This document shows, piece by piece, positions 46,779 to 56,170 of a stretch of 64,000 nucleotides of DNA. How positions within the stretch are numbered: the first letter of the stretch is position 1; each line of letters opens with the position of its first letter. The stretch lies in the IMG/VR virus record IMGVR_UViG_3300037255_000025, positions 105,749 to 169,748 of that record; one strand, 5' to 3'. Origin of the DNA: a virus. Its lineage: Duplodnaviria > Caudoviricetes. Below the pieces are notes generated by a model. That model did not search any database. It was not told the DNA's origin and saw nothing but the letters and a program-made list of their open reading frames with translations. The translations under genes and the position numbers were made by a program.

Positions 46779-47291
46779 CTATCTGGGTTCCCTCCCACAC
46801 GGCCGCCAGACGACGACGACGCTCGCGAAAAACCCGCTGGCTCGGTACGGCCCCCCGGTCAGGAAGCGAACGCGGCCCCGGATGTACCGGACCTCGGCGT
46901 GACCGATCACGTCCTCGTGCCACCACGCCAGGTCCGTCGATGCAGGCAGCAGGCCGACGACGAGCGCGCCGCGCGCAGCCTCGTTGCGAGCCTTCCTCGT
47001 CCAGGCGTAGACCTCGCGCCCGTAGGGCGGATTCATGAAGACCCTCTCTCCCGACCAACTCGCCGAGAGCCCGTCCGACGCCTCGTCGAAGTAGCGCGGA
47101 CACTTCGCCGTCTGGGTGGTCGCGCAGGGGTCGAGCGTGAAGGCGAACTCCGCGTGAAGCGGGTCGAAGACCTCCGGCGGCGTCTCCCAATGCCGGCCAT
47201 TTCCGTTGTACCGCCCATTGTTTTTCGCGCGCGCTCCGCCGAGTACCGCGGGGTTGTCGGTCGCGGCGATAGTTCTGCGGTTCGCACTCAT
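46779..47291 (-). CDS. phage N6-adenine DNA methyltransferase (Dam-like)
   Basis: WETPPEVF, FTLDPCA, FMNPPYG, LLPASTD..WW. Confidence 0.88.
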   Translation of the reverse strand: MSANRRTIAATDNPAVLGGARAKNNGRYNGNGRHWETPPEVFDPLHAEFAFTLDPCATTQTAKCPRYFDEASDGLSASWSGERVFMNPPYGREVYAWTRKARNEAARGALVVGLLPASTDLAWWHEDVIGHAEVRYIRGRVRFLTGGPYRASGFFASVVVVWRPCGREPR

Positions 47292-47728
47292 CAGGGGACG
47301 TACTTCCCGGCCGCTCGGCGGCGCAGGACCAGCTCGCCGAACGCGTGCTCGAAGTCCTGCCAGTGCTCGGCGTTGCGCTCGTGGAGCGCGATGAGGTCGC
47401 GCTCGCTGACGTAGGAACCGTCGTCCATCGCGGTGTCCATCCACGCCATCGCGCCCGGGATGTCCTCCTCGGGCGGGTACGGCTTCGGCTCCGGCGGCGA
47501 CAAGCGCGGGGGCTCACGCACGGTCGCACCCACGAAGCCCGGGACATCCATGGTCTTGGGCCCCGTCGCGTGCTGCGTGTACTGCTTGAACCAGAGTCCG
47601 CGCCGGGAGCGCGTCAGCGGGTCGTCCGCGCCCTCGTCCAGCTCGATCTCCTTGTGGAACAGCTCGCCCGCCGCCTTGGCGAGCGACGCGTCCGTGTAGC
47701 CCAGGATCGTCAGCTCTGCGTAGTACAT
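47291..47728 (-). CDS. hypothetical protein
   Basis: GGAGG and GGGTAAG upstream; coupled to the methyltransferase. Confidence 0.6.
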   Translation of the reverse strand: MYYAELTILGYTDASLAKAAGELFHKEIELDEGADDPLTRSRRGLWFKQYTQHATGPKTMDVPGFVGATVREPPRLSPPEPKPYPPEEDIPGAMAWMDTAMDDGSYVSERDLIALHERNAEHWQDFEHAFGELVLRRRAAGKYVP

Positions 47729-47768
47729 CTTGAGGCCTCCGCCGGTCCCTTACCCCCCGCGGGCCCCG

Positions 47769-50700
47769 TTAGTCGAAGTTGATGCCGCCTGCCTTCATCG
47801 CCTTGAACAGGCTCTCGCGGTCTTGGTACCCGTAGGTCTTACCCTTGTACTGGACATCGTGGTCCTCCTTGGGCAGCACCAGGCCGTTGTTGTGTCCCGG
47901 CCCCGCGATCATCTCGCGCTCGTGCTTGTAGGTTGAGGAGAACGTGCCGTCGTCCAGGACCTGGTCGAAGGCGGTGTGGTCGATCGGGCACTTCCACCGG
48001 AGCAACACACCATTATGGCCGGCGAAGAAGTCCTTGGAGTGCTTCTCTCCCATCGACCAGCTCGCCAGCTCCGCGTGTTTCTTGATCGTGACGGTGCTGA
48101 CGGTGTCGTCCTTCCAAGCCTTGGCCATCTCGATGGCGGTCTCGGGCTCGTACTGCATGCCCCGCGTGAGGTCGAAATGCGTTGGGGCCTGGGCGTCCTT
48201 CACGCCCACATGCTCCAGCATCGCCTTCCACCGCGCCGCCCGCGTCTCGACCGCCGCCGCCATCGTGGCCTTGGTGTTCGGCAAGACCGGCTGCCGAGGC
48301 GCGCCCTTCTCGGTCACGTCCGCGAACGCGGCGTAAACACGTCCGTGGGCACCGCCGTCGGAGTGGCCCTGCGCGGTCCACTCCTTAACGATGCTCTTGA
48401 TCGCGTCGTGGGTCGCGCTTGAGAGCCCGACCCCCTTGTTGACCGCGGCGATGGCTTTGTTTTGCTTCGTGGAGCTGACCGGTAGCTCGGCGAGCGCCGC
48501 GGCAACCTTGTCGTGGGCACCGCCGTCGATCGCGTTCTTCAGGCTCAAGACCTTCTCGGGCGGCGCGACCGGCTTGGGCTTCGACGCCTCGTACGCGTCG
48601 CTCGCCTCCTTCAAGAGGCGCCCGCGGGTCTCCAGCATCTCGACCACCTTGGCGTGGTCCTTGGGCGCGAGGTCCGGGATGCGGTCCTGGACGTACTTGG
48701 TCCAGCCGCCCGGCGCGGCCGCGAGCTTCGTGATGCGCTCGACCTGTTGCCGGAAGCCCGGGGCCTCGAACGCGTTCTTGACGCCCGCGGCCTCGAGCAC
48801 CTTCGCGTACTGGGGCGCGACGGACTTGTCGAAGCTGCTCGTCAGCTCTCCGACCTCGAGCTTCCCGGGCTTGTCACCGCCCTGGGCCTTGAACAGCAAC
48901 ACGCCGCCGTTGTCGACGCGCGCGATCGAGCCGTCCGGGAGCTTGAGGACGTTGTCGCCGCTATACCCGATGACGTCCCGGTTCGCCAAGAAGACGTCGG
49001 CGGCGAACCCCTGGGCGACCTCGCGCGCGTCGCCCTTCGATGGCGACAGCCCCAGCGGCAAGCCCCCCGGGAGGATCGTCGACGCGTACAGCGTCTTGCC
49101 CTCGTGCTGGAAGACTTGGCTCTCCGGCGCCTTCACGCCCAGGTCGTTATAAAGCTGGTTGGCGAGGTGCTCGACGTGGGCCTGCGACGGGTTCGCATAC
49201 TCCTTGATGTAGCGCTGGACGCCGTCGGTCCCGAGCCAGAAGCCGCTCTTGCCCAGGGCGTTGCTCCCGGCGGCGCCGCCGGTCTTGGTACCCAGGACGG
49301 TCGTGCCGACGCTCTTGACGGGCGGGGCGTAGTCCCGGCTGAGCAGATCGGGCTGCTTCGCCAGCTTGGGCCCCAGCTCCGCGAGGATCTTCTTGTCGCG
49401 GTCCATGTTGAGAAGCCCCGCGGCGTCCTTCAGCGTCGTGAGCTTGACCGCTTGGGTCTCGGCCATGCCGCCGGGCGGCGCCTTCAGGCCGTCCCGAGGG
49501 TCACCGCCGACCCGCTGGGCGATGTAGTAGCGGGTCGTGCTGACGCTGCCCTTGTAGTCGCCCATGAGGCCGACGATCCGCACCTTCAGCCCGCTCTCCT
49601 CGTGGACCTCCTTGAGCGCGTTCTGCTGCGGCGTCAGGCTCTCGCCTGCGTCCATCTTGCCCTTGGGCCATGTGTTCTGCGCACCACCGAAGTGGCCCTT
49701 GGGCTCGTAGATCCACATGCGCCCGTCAGGCTCCATGACGATGCAGCCGGTCGAGATGTGCGACCCGGTCGGCATCGGTCCCTCGCCGACCTCAACGTCC
49801 TGGGTGTGCTTCCAGAAGCCCCCCGCCTCGGAGTTCAACGGCACGCCGTTCAGCGTCGTCGGCGCTGGCGGTCCGAGAGCGATGCCATCCGCGGAGACGC
49901 CCTTGTCCCCCCAGGCGCACAGTGCCTTCGGGTCCCCCAACGGGTTCGGGGGCTCCGGGGGCGACACCACGGGATCGGGCGGCGCCGGGGCTGCGACCTT
50001 CGCCGCATCGGCCTCGGCCCGGAGCGCCGCCTTGATGGCGGCCCCGTTGGCCTCGTTGTGCGCGTTGGCGGCGTTCACCAAGGCGTCGACGCCCGCGAGC
50101 CCGTGCTTGCCGTTCGTGGCGGACTCGGTCTTGATCGCGTTGACCAGCGCCTCGCGCGCGGTCTCGTGCGCGTCGGCGGCGGCCCGGTAGACCTCCGGGG
50201 TCTTCTCCAACTCCGCCTTGGCGGACAGTCTGTTGGCGTCGCGGCTGGCGTTGATCGCCGCGACCATCGCGACCTCATGGGCCGCGTGTTCCGGCTTGAT
50301 GTCGCCCGCGCCCTTGACCAGGTAGTTCTTGCCCGCCCGGGCGTGAAAGTCCTTGGCCCGCTGGGCCGCGGCCGCGGTCATCTCGAGCTTCTTGAGCGCC
50401 TTGGCGTGCTGCTCCGGGGGCAGCGTCTTGAGCGTGGCGTCGATCTTCTTCAGCAGCGCCTCGTGGGCCGCGGCCGTGATGACCTTGCCGGCGACGACCT
50501 TGCCCAGCGCTTCGGCGTTCTGCGCGGCCTTCTTGGCCCCGGCGATGAACTTGCCGTGCTCGTCGCGGATGACCGTAGATTCGTCGAAGTCGCCCGCCTT
50601 CTCGACCGCGAAGCTCAGCTGCACCGGGGCCCACGCGGCGCGCAACGCGGCCTTGGTAACCTCGGGGTCAAGCGGGGGTGCGTTCGGTACGGGTGCGCCA

Positions 50701-51077
50701 AGTACACCGCGAGCGCGCGCCAGCGCCTTGAACAACCGGTCACCGGACGCCTCCGGGGGCGCCGCCTCGTGGACCGACCTGGACGCCGTGTTGTGCGCCG
50801 CGGTCTTCTCGAAGCGAGCCCCGACGAGCGCCCACGCAGCAGCCCCCCGCGCGTTCTCGGCTACGCCGGGCCCGTCGTCCGGTTTAGCCTCGGCGGGTGC
50901 CTGCTGGGCCTTCGCGACCGTTTGGAACGCCTGCGTGACCGCGGCCCACACGGTGTCGCTCAGGGCCTTCTCGACCACCGCGCGGGCCGCCGGGTCCGCC
51001 GCGCTCAACGCCTCCTTGGCCTGTGCCAACGCGGCGGCGATCTTGGTCTGGGCTTCGCTGGCGTCCATCTCGCGCAC
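47769..51077 (-). CDS. multidomain protein: Nudix hydrolase, PI3/4K-HipA-like kinase and probable ADP-ribosyltransferase
   Basis: PKGKMDAGESLTPQQNALKEVHEESGL; EHLANQLY..LANRD..DN..VDNGG; LTRG..ASWS..HEREM (R-S-E). Confidence 0.75.
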   Translation of the reverse strand: MREMDASEAQTKIAAALAQAKEALSAADPAARAVVEKALSDTVWAAVTQAFQTVAKAQQAPAEAKPDDGPGVAENARGAAAWALVGARFEKTAAHNTASRSVHEAAPPEASGDRLFKALARARGVLGAPVPNAPPLDPEVTKAALRAAWAPVQLSFAVEKAGDFDESTVIRDEHGKFIAGAKKAAQNAEALGKVVAGKVITAAAHEALLKKIDATLKTLPPEQHAKALKKLEMTAAAAQRAKDFHARAGKNYLVKGAGDIKPEHAAHEVAMVAAINASRDANRLSAKAELEKTPEVYRAAADAHETAREALVNAIKTESATNGKHGLAGVDALVNAANAHNEANGAAIKAALRAEADAAKVAAPAPPDPVVSPPEPPNPLGDPKALCAWGDKGVSADGIALGPPAPTTLNGVPLNSEAGGFWKHTQDVEVGEGPMPTGSHISTGCIVMEPDGRMWIYEPKGHFGGAQNTWPKGKMDAGESLTPQQNALKEVHEESGLKVRIVGLMGDYKGSVSTTRYYIAQRVGGDPRDGLKAPPGGMAETQAVKLTTLKDAAGLLNMDRDKKILAELGPKLAKQPDLLSRDYAPPVKSVGTTVLGTKTGGAAGSNALGKSGFWLGTDGVQRYIKEYANPSQAHVEHLANQLYNDLGVKAPESQVFQHEGKTLYASTILPGGLPLGLSPSKGDAREVAQGFAADVFLANRDVIGYSGDNVLKLPDGSIARVDNGGVLLFKAQGGDKPGKLEVGELTSSFDKSVAPQYAKVLEAAGVKNAFEAPGFRQQVERITKLAAAPGGWTKYVQDRIPDLAPKDHAKVVEMLETRGRLLKEASDAYEASKPKPVAPPEKVLSLKNAIDGGAHDKVAAALAELPVSSTKQNKAIAAVNKGVGLSSATHDAIKSIVKEWTAQGHSDGGAHGRVYAAFADVTEKGAPRQPVLPNTKATMAAAVETRAARWKAMLEHVGVKDAQAPTHFDLTRGMQYEPETAIEMAKAWKDDTVSTVTIKKHAELASWSMGEKHSKDFFAGHNGVLLRWKCPIDHTAFDQVLDDGTFSSTYKHEREMIAGPGHNNGLVLPKEDHDVQYKGKTYGYQDRESLFKAMKAGGINFD

Positions 51078-51090
51078 CGTACCACGATCG

Positions 51091-51378
51091 CTAACGACCT
51101 CGGGGGCGACCGCCCTTCCGACCGATCGCGCTCAGCTCCGCCGCGGACAGGTTCCGGGCCCGAGCCTCGCCGCCCCGTCGACCTAGCGCCCTCATGTGCT
51201 CCCGCGCGCTCTCCGCCAAGCAAGCCATCAGTTCGTTGGGCGTCACGGAATGCCGAACCATGCGCCGTACCGCCTCCACGGCACACGTTCGCGCCTCTTC
51301 CTCGGGCGTTGTGTTGTGTGATGCCCGCGCGATAAGTGCTTGGATCTGCGAGAGAATCTTTGGATCTGTCGGGCTCAT
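51091..51378 (-). CDS. DUF2786-like helical domain plus KGG-type repeat
   Basis: KIL..I.ALIARA....PEEEA; GRRGG..IGRKGG. Confidence 0.55.
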   Translation of the reverse strand: MSPTDPKILSQIQALIARASHNTTPEEEARTCAVEAVRRMVRHSVTPNELMACLAESAREHMRALGRRGGEARARNLSAAELSAIGRKGGRPRGR

Positions 51379-51505
51379 GAGGTCGCGATAACCTAGCGGC
51401 TAGGTTTCACAACGTGATCGCCGATGTAGCCCAGGGGGTTCTCCGCCGTCATGGGCGCAACCCCTCCGGGGGAGCTTTCGATAAGCTCCGCGACCTCATC
51501 GTCGG

Positions 51506-52108
51506 TCATGTGGTTGGGTTGGGCTGGGCCGTGTCGAGGAACCCGATCAGCTCCGACAGCAGGTCCTGAACCGGCTGGGAGGCGTCGAACTGGTGCCCAA
51601 GATTCGGCCCAGTGCCCCAAGCCTCCGCAAACCGGCGGGACTTCGTCGCGCGGCCCAGCATCCAGTTGGGGTTCTGGTTCGAGCCCCGGGCGGCGCGCCT
51701 CTCCGCCAACAACGGCTCAGGCGCGACCAGGTGCGCGACCGCGAGCGTGGCCCCGGGGCCCGGTCGACATTGGCCCGCTACGGAGCTGCGGTCGAAGAAC
51801 CGCGCGACCTTCTCGAGGCTAAACCGGTCACCGTCGAAGACGGTCAACGGGCAGCCGTGGAGCGCCGGGTCCGCGGCCCATGAGTCCAGCGAGGCCTCGA
51901 CGCCGTTGTACGGGACCGTGTCGGCGCCGTCGAACGTTCCGCCCGTGTAGTGTCCCGCCGCGACCATAGCGCCCGGCACGACGGTCCACTTGGGCTTGGG
52001 CGTGCCATAGCGAAGTTGACCGGAGTCGAGCCAATCGAGCAGCGCCCGAACCAACGTCGTCTTGCCGCACCCCGGCGCACCAACGACCCATAGAATGGTG
52101 GGCGTCAC
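51506..52108 (-). CDS. P-loop kinase, 5-hydroxymethyluracil DNA kinase-like
   Basis: GAPGCGKTT, GHY.GGTFDGAD, FDGDRF, RR.ARGS.QN..W..GR.TK. Confidence 0.75.
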   Translation of the reverse strand: MTPTILWVVGAPGCGKTTLVRALLDWLDSGQLRYGTPKPKWTVVPGAMVAAGHYTGGTFDGADTVPYNGVEASLDSWAADPALHGCPLTVFDGDRFSLEKVARFFDRSSVAGQCRPGPGATLAVAHLVAPEPLLAERRAARGSNQNPNWMLGRATKSRRFAEAWGTGPNLGHQFDASQPVQDLLSELIGFLDTAQPNPTT

Positions 52109-52338
52109 GACCACGACCGCGACCGCGACCACAACCCCGACCCCGACCGCGACCCCGACCCCGACCACGACCACGACCACGACCTCGACCACGACCGCGA
52201 CCGCGACCCCGACCGCAACCGCGACCCCGACCTCGACCCCGACCACGACCCCGACCGCGACCTCGACCGCGACCCCGACCACGACCCCGACCGCGACCTC
52301 GACGACTCGAAGCCTGCTCGCATGACCGCCGCGTTCAC
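52105..52338 (-). CDS. Ser-Arg/Gly/Trp dipeptide repeat protein
   Basis: SRSGSWSG repeats encoded by 6-nt repeats; coupled to both neighbours. Confidence 0.65.
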   Translation of the reverse strand: MNAAVMRAGFESSRSRSGSWSGSRSRSRSGSWSGSRSGSRLRSGSRSRSWSRSWSWSWSGSGSRSGSGLWSRSRSWS

Positions 52339-52685
52339 TTCGTCACCTTGGGCAATTCATGCAGCCACGGGAATGCGTCGCAGATAGCTCCACGCCCGAC
52401 GACGAACCAACTCGGAGCCCGCTCGAACTCGTTGAGCTTACCGCTTGTCAGCATCTCCGAGAAGCGACCCGTGTCGGCCACCCACCCGCCGTCCTCCAGC
52501 GAGATCCAGTCACGGCCAACCGCCTTCACCCGTCCAATGTCGATCATCGTCACGGTGCGGATGAGTACTGCGTCCCCAGGGCCGAACGGAAACGGAGGCG
52601 CCTTCTCCGCCGACGCAGCCTTCAGCACCGGCATCATCGCCTGAATCTCGCGCAACTGCTTCACCGTCAAATCGTCGATGTTCAT
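52335..52685 (-). CDS. small beta-barrel (Sm-like) hypothetical protein
   Basis: VLIRTVT...GRV..V....L.D..W.ADTGRF; start may be 52739. Confidence 0.6.
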   Translation of the reverse strand: MNIDDLTVKQLREIQAMMPVLKAASAEKAPPFPFGPGDAVLIRTVTMIDIGRVKAVGRDWISLEDGGWVADTGRFSEMLTSGKLNEFERAPSWFVVGRGAICDAFPWLHELPKVTK

Positions 52686-52749
52686 GTCGTTTCCTTTTCG
52701 TTGTCTAGCCCGGACAAGCCTCCGGACGCCGGTTCCCATGTCAGCTCCC

Positions 52750-53931
52750 TTACCCCGAGCCCGACGGCTCACCCTGGGTCCTCAGGACCGTCGGCTCGTA
52801 CCCGACCTCGGCAGCGTACGCGGTCGCCGCCTTGCGGCCCGCGACCTGCCCGTCGCGGTAGCCGCGTTGGTACGCCTCGGTGTCGGCGCCGCGCTCCACC
52901 CTCATCGCGCGCCTCCCGGCACCGTCCTGGAACCCGCGGCAGTACAGTTGGTACAGCTCCGCCGGTCGCCAGGCTCGCGGCGCGGCGTCAGTCAGCCCTT
53001 GGGCCAGTCGACGCGTCACGCGCTCGCCCCGGCGTCGGGATCGACAGCCTTGTGGCCGCACACGCGGCACGTGAGGGTCATGCCTGGGCCGTGCTGAACG
53101 CCACACGCCGGGCAGTCGTGGAACCCGTACCGGAGCAACCTCCGCTGCCGCTCCTCGTTCGCGATCCGCATCCTTTCGATCCACGCCGGAGAGCCCCAAT
53201 CCTCCTCGTACACCCAACCGGGCGGACGCTTCCAGCCCGGGTTGCGCTTCGGGTCCGCCGTCATCGGACGTCCTCCGCGGCGAGTTCTTGGGCGAAGTAG
53301 TCCACGCTCGGTTCGGCGCGGACCTCGAAGCGCTGCTCCGGCGATCCCTCGCGGTCCTCCGCGACCATCACCACGTAGGTCGCGCCGCGCGCGAGGTCGT
53401 AGTCGCCGCGTTGGTCGTAGTTCTGGCCCCACTGTCGGGCCGCGGCCTCAGCGCTGACGGCTCGGATTGTCCCTGCACCGTCGCGGCCGCCGCCCAGCTC
53501 CGGACACCACACGATCCACGCCGTCACCGTCATTTGTCCACCTTCTTCGTCAGCTCAGCCTCGGCCAACATACGCGCGGCCGCGAAGCCCGTGGTCTCGT
53601 ACTCGACGCCGTCGAGCCGCACGAACTCTTCGGCCGCACTGGCGCCTTCGTGCTCAGCCCGTGAATAGAGGCTGAACGGGTACCACGACACCGTCCGGTA
53701 CGTGAACGACACGGTCCGACCGGGCTTATCGTAGCAGTACAGCGTAACCGACGCGCGTTGGGGTACCGCGTCGAACCGTTCCCACAGCGTCGGGCGGCCC
53801 GGCTCGTGCTCCGACCAGACCCAGATGACGCCGTCACACTGTCGGTCGCTTTGCACCCGGGTCGGGCAGAACTTCGTCCCCGCGACCTCGACGGAGAAGT
53901 TGTACCTCACGTACAGCAACGAGGGCGCCAC
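52750..53931 (-). other. hypothetical ORFs (53530-53931, 53261-53533 and two smaller downstream)
   Basis: Coupled ORFs downstream of tnpB copy 2. Confidence 0.55.
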
Positions 53932-54078
53932 GCGCTACCCCTTACGTTCTCCGGGGCCGGTTTGCTTCACGAGGAAGCCTCCCGGTTCGGTTCCTGCCCA
54001 ACCAGAGGTTTCGTACCGCTCGTAAGAGCAGCACCAGAGCCTCCAGGGCGACAGGCTTGCACCGGGGAACTCCCGGCC
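53925..54078 (-). ncRNA. omegaRNA of tnpB copy 2 (scaffold ends 53945; guide TAAGGGGTAGCGCGTGGCGC)
   Basis: Shared 3' boundary with the other copies. Confidence 0.75.
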
Positions 54079-55190
54079 AAATCCTTCAAGTTGATAGCAG
54101 CGTTGAGATCCCGATCGATCACGAGACCACAACGCTCGCATCGGTAGACCCTCTCGCTCAACGAGAGCGAGGTCTTCACCGCCCCACACCCAGAACACCT
54201 CTTGCTGCTTGGGTAGAAGCGGTCCGCGGTCCTTAGCTCGACCCCACGCCACTGACTCTTGTAGGTGAGCTGTCGGTGGATCTCCCCGAGGGAGGCGTCC
54301 GACAGAGACCGGGCAAGACAGTGGTTTCTCAACATCCCGGCGACGTTGAGGTCTTCGATCACGATTACTGACGCCTGCTTGGTGATCGCAGTCGTCATCT
54401 TGTGGATCGAATCCCTCCGGATATTGGAGATCCTAGCGTGCAACCTCGCGACCTTCTGGGTCGCTTTCCTCCTGTTGTTGGACCCCTTCTGTTTCCTCGC
54501 GACCGCTTGTTGTCTCGCTCGGAGAAGCTTTTGAGCCGCCTGGAGAGCTTTTGGGTTCCTAAAGACCTCCCCCTCGCTGGTGACCGCCAAGCTCTTGATC
54601 CCAACGTCGACCCCGAGGACCGACGTGGGCTTGGGTGCGGGATCCGGTAGCTCTTGCTCCACCTGGATCGAGACGTACCAACGTCCCGCCTTCTCGGAGA
54701 CCGAAGCTGAGAGGATCTTCACCCCCGAGGTCGGGAGGTACCCGCGTTGCTTGAGCTTGATCTTCCCTAGCCTTGGGAGCTGAACGAGACGCTCCGAGAC
54801 CTTGATCCCCTCGCTGAACTTGAAGCTACCGATGCCCCGCTTACGAGACTTGAACCGAGGGAAGCCTTTCCGCTTCGAGCCGCTCTTACACCGACGAAAG
54901 AAGCCCTCAAAGGCTCGATCAAGGTTTCGGAGCGCTTCCTGCGGGGCACACTTCGAGGACTCGTACATCCACGGGACCCCGCCGGCTTCCTTGGGGAGCT
55001 TCTTGATCACGTTCAGCTCACGGTTGAGACCCACCCAGGACGGACTCTTGCCCGTAGCTTCGTAGGACTCGATCTTCCTTCGGAGACCCCAGTTGTAAGC
55101 CCAACGAGCGCAACCCGCATGCTGTAGGAGCTGCTCGGTTTGCTTCACCGTAGGATCCAGCTCGGTCTTGTATGCTCGAAGGATCTTCAC
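53967..55190 (-). CDS. tnpB: RNA-guided endonuclease TnpB, copy 2
   Basis: 407 aa, highly similar to copy 1; RuvC D/E/D intact. Confidence 0.95.
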   Translation of the reverse strand: MKILRAYKTELDPTVKQTEQLLQHAGCARWAYNWGLRRKIESYEATGKSPSWVGLNRELNVIKKLPKEAGGVPWMYESSKCAPQEALRNLDRAFEGFFRRCKSGSKRKGFPRFKSRKRGIGSFKFSEGIKVSERLVQLPRLGKIKLKQRGYLPTSGVKILSASVSEKAGRWYVSIQVEQELPDPAPKPTSVLGVDVGIKSLAVTSEGEVFRNPKALQAAQKLLRARQQAVARKQKGSNNRRKATQKVARLHARISNIRRDSIHKMTTAITKQASVIVIEDLNVAGMLRNHCLARSLSDASLGEIHRQLTYKSQWRGVELRTADRFYPSSKRCSGCGAVKTSLSLSERVYRCERCGLVIDRDLNAAINLKDLAGSSPVQACRPGGSGAALTSGTKPLVGQEPNREASS

Positions 55191-55999
55191 AAGAGCTTTC
55201 GACCCTTACCCGGCGCGGCGGACTTTCGGGCCCGCAGGACCTTCACCAGGTGCCAGATCCAACCGTCCGGGACCGCGACGCCCCAAAGCCGCTGGGACAC
55301 GCGGCTCAACAGGCGGTTGTACTCCGTCGTTACATCTACGTACTCCGTCGTTACATCTACACCGCCAGCCGTGCCGCTAACCTCGACGGCCCCGTACCCC
55401 GCCAGTTCCTTCACCACCTCGGCCCAAACCCACGCGGCGTCCGCGTCCCGCGACAACACCAGGCCACCCCCGACCGGCGCATGTTTGTGGCCTGTGTAGT
55501 CCACGTTTCCCAACCGTTGACTTCGTCGGCTCGTCGCGACCGACACCGAGGGCATCGTTAGGCGGATCGAGTGCGGTCTCTCTCGCCACGGGCACCAATG
55601 AGCATGAATCCCCCCAGGAAAGCGGGGATTAGGTCCAACCACGCCGCAGTTGCACACGCGCTGCTCCGCCTCAAGCATCCGATGGGCCTCGGCGGCCCGT
55701 AGGTCCGGCAGCAACGCGCACCAGACCCGACGCACGACCTTCCGGACGTCAAGACCCGCCCGGGTCCATAGGGTCTCCTTGCGGGCGGCTTCCTCGGCGC
55801 GCGTCGACTTGGCCCGGAGCTTTTGCTTGGCCGCCGTCTGGACCCGGGCACGCTCGCGCGCAGGGCACACGAGGCGAACCAGCCGGTGGTCCTGGGCCTT
55901 GGTGCTACACGGCAAGCAGTACGCGCGGGCATCGTCCGCGCGAGGGCGTTCGGGCGCGAGCTTCCCCACGCGGCACCGGGGACAGACCCAGCGCTTCAC
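55187..55999 (-). CDS. Zn-finger hypothetical protein with a 21-bp tandem duplication
   Basis: CPRC..CLPC; VDVTTEY twice; stop overlaps tnpB start. Confidence 0.6.
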   Translation of the reverse strand: MKRWVCPRCRVGKLAPERPRADDARAYCLPCSTKAQDHRLVRLVCPARERARVQTAAKQKLRAKSTRAEEAARKETLWTRAGLDVRKVVRRVWCALLPDLRAAEAHRMLEAEQRVCNCGVVGPNPRFPGGIHAHWCPWRERPHSIRLTMPSVSVATSRRSQRLGNVDYTGHKHAPVGGGLVLSRDADAAWVWAEVVKELAGYGAVEVSGTAGGVDVTTEYVDVTTEYNRLLSRVSQRLWGVAVPDGWIWHLVKVLRARKSAAPGKGRKLL

Positions 56000-56170
56000 T
56001 CGAGCGGCTCCCCGGCGAGCGCGAGGCGGCGGAACCGCGCTCGCAGCACAACCGGCAGGACCGTCTTGTTGAAGGTTCCGAAGCTGCCCGAACGGTCCTC
56101 GTGCAAGACGCGCCAGGCATAGTACTCGGGCGACATCCAGTTCCTCGTGTTCGCCTTCATGGTCGCGACG

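Noticed and set aside
2798-50650. Dispersed GCGCAACGCGG motif (~2803, 4040, 10953, 50640)
   Set aside because: Explained by Ala-Leu-Arg codons on the minus strand in GC-rich DNA
48513-51335. 940-aa plus-strand ORF and similar long antisense ORFs (e.g. 12150-13460, 15247-16476, 27191-28294)
   Set aside because: Shadow frames of real minus-strand genes, expected at this GC content
52109-52282. Val-rich N-terminal extension of the kinase ORF as a membrane anchor
   Set aside because: It is the alternative frame of the SR repeat; a coupled GTG at 52108 is the more plausible start
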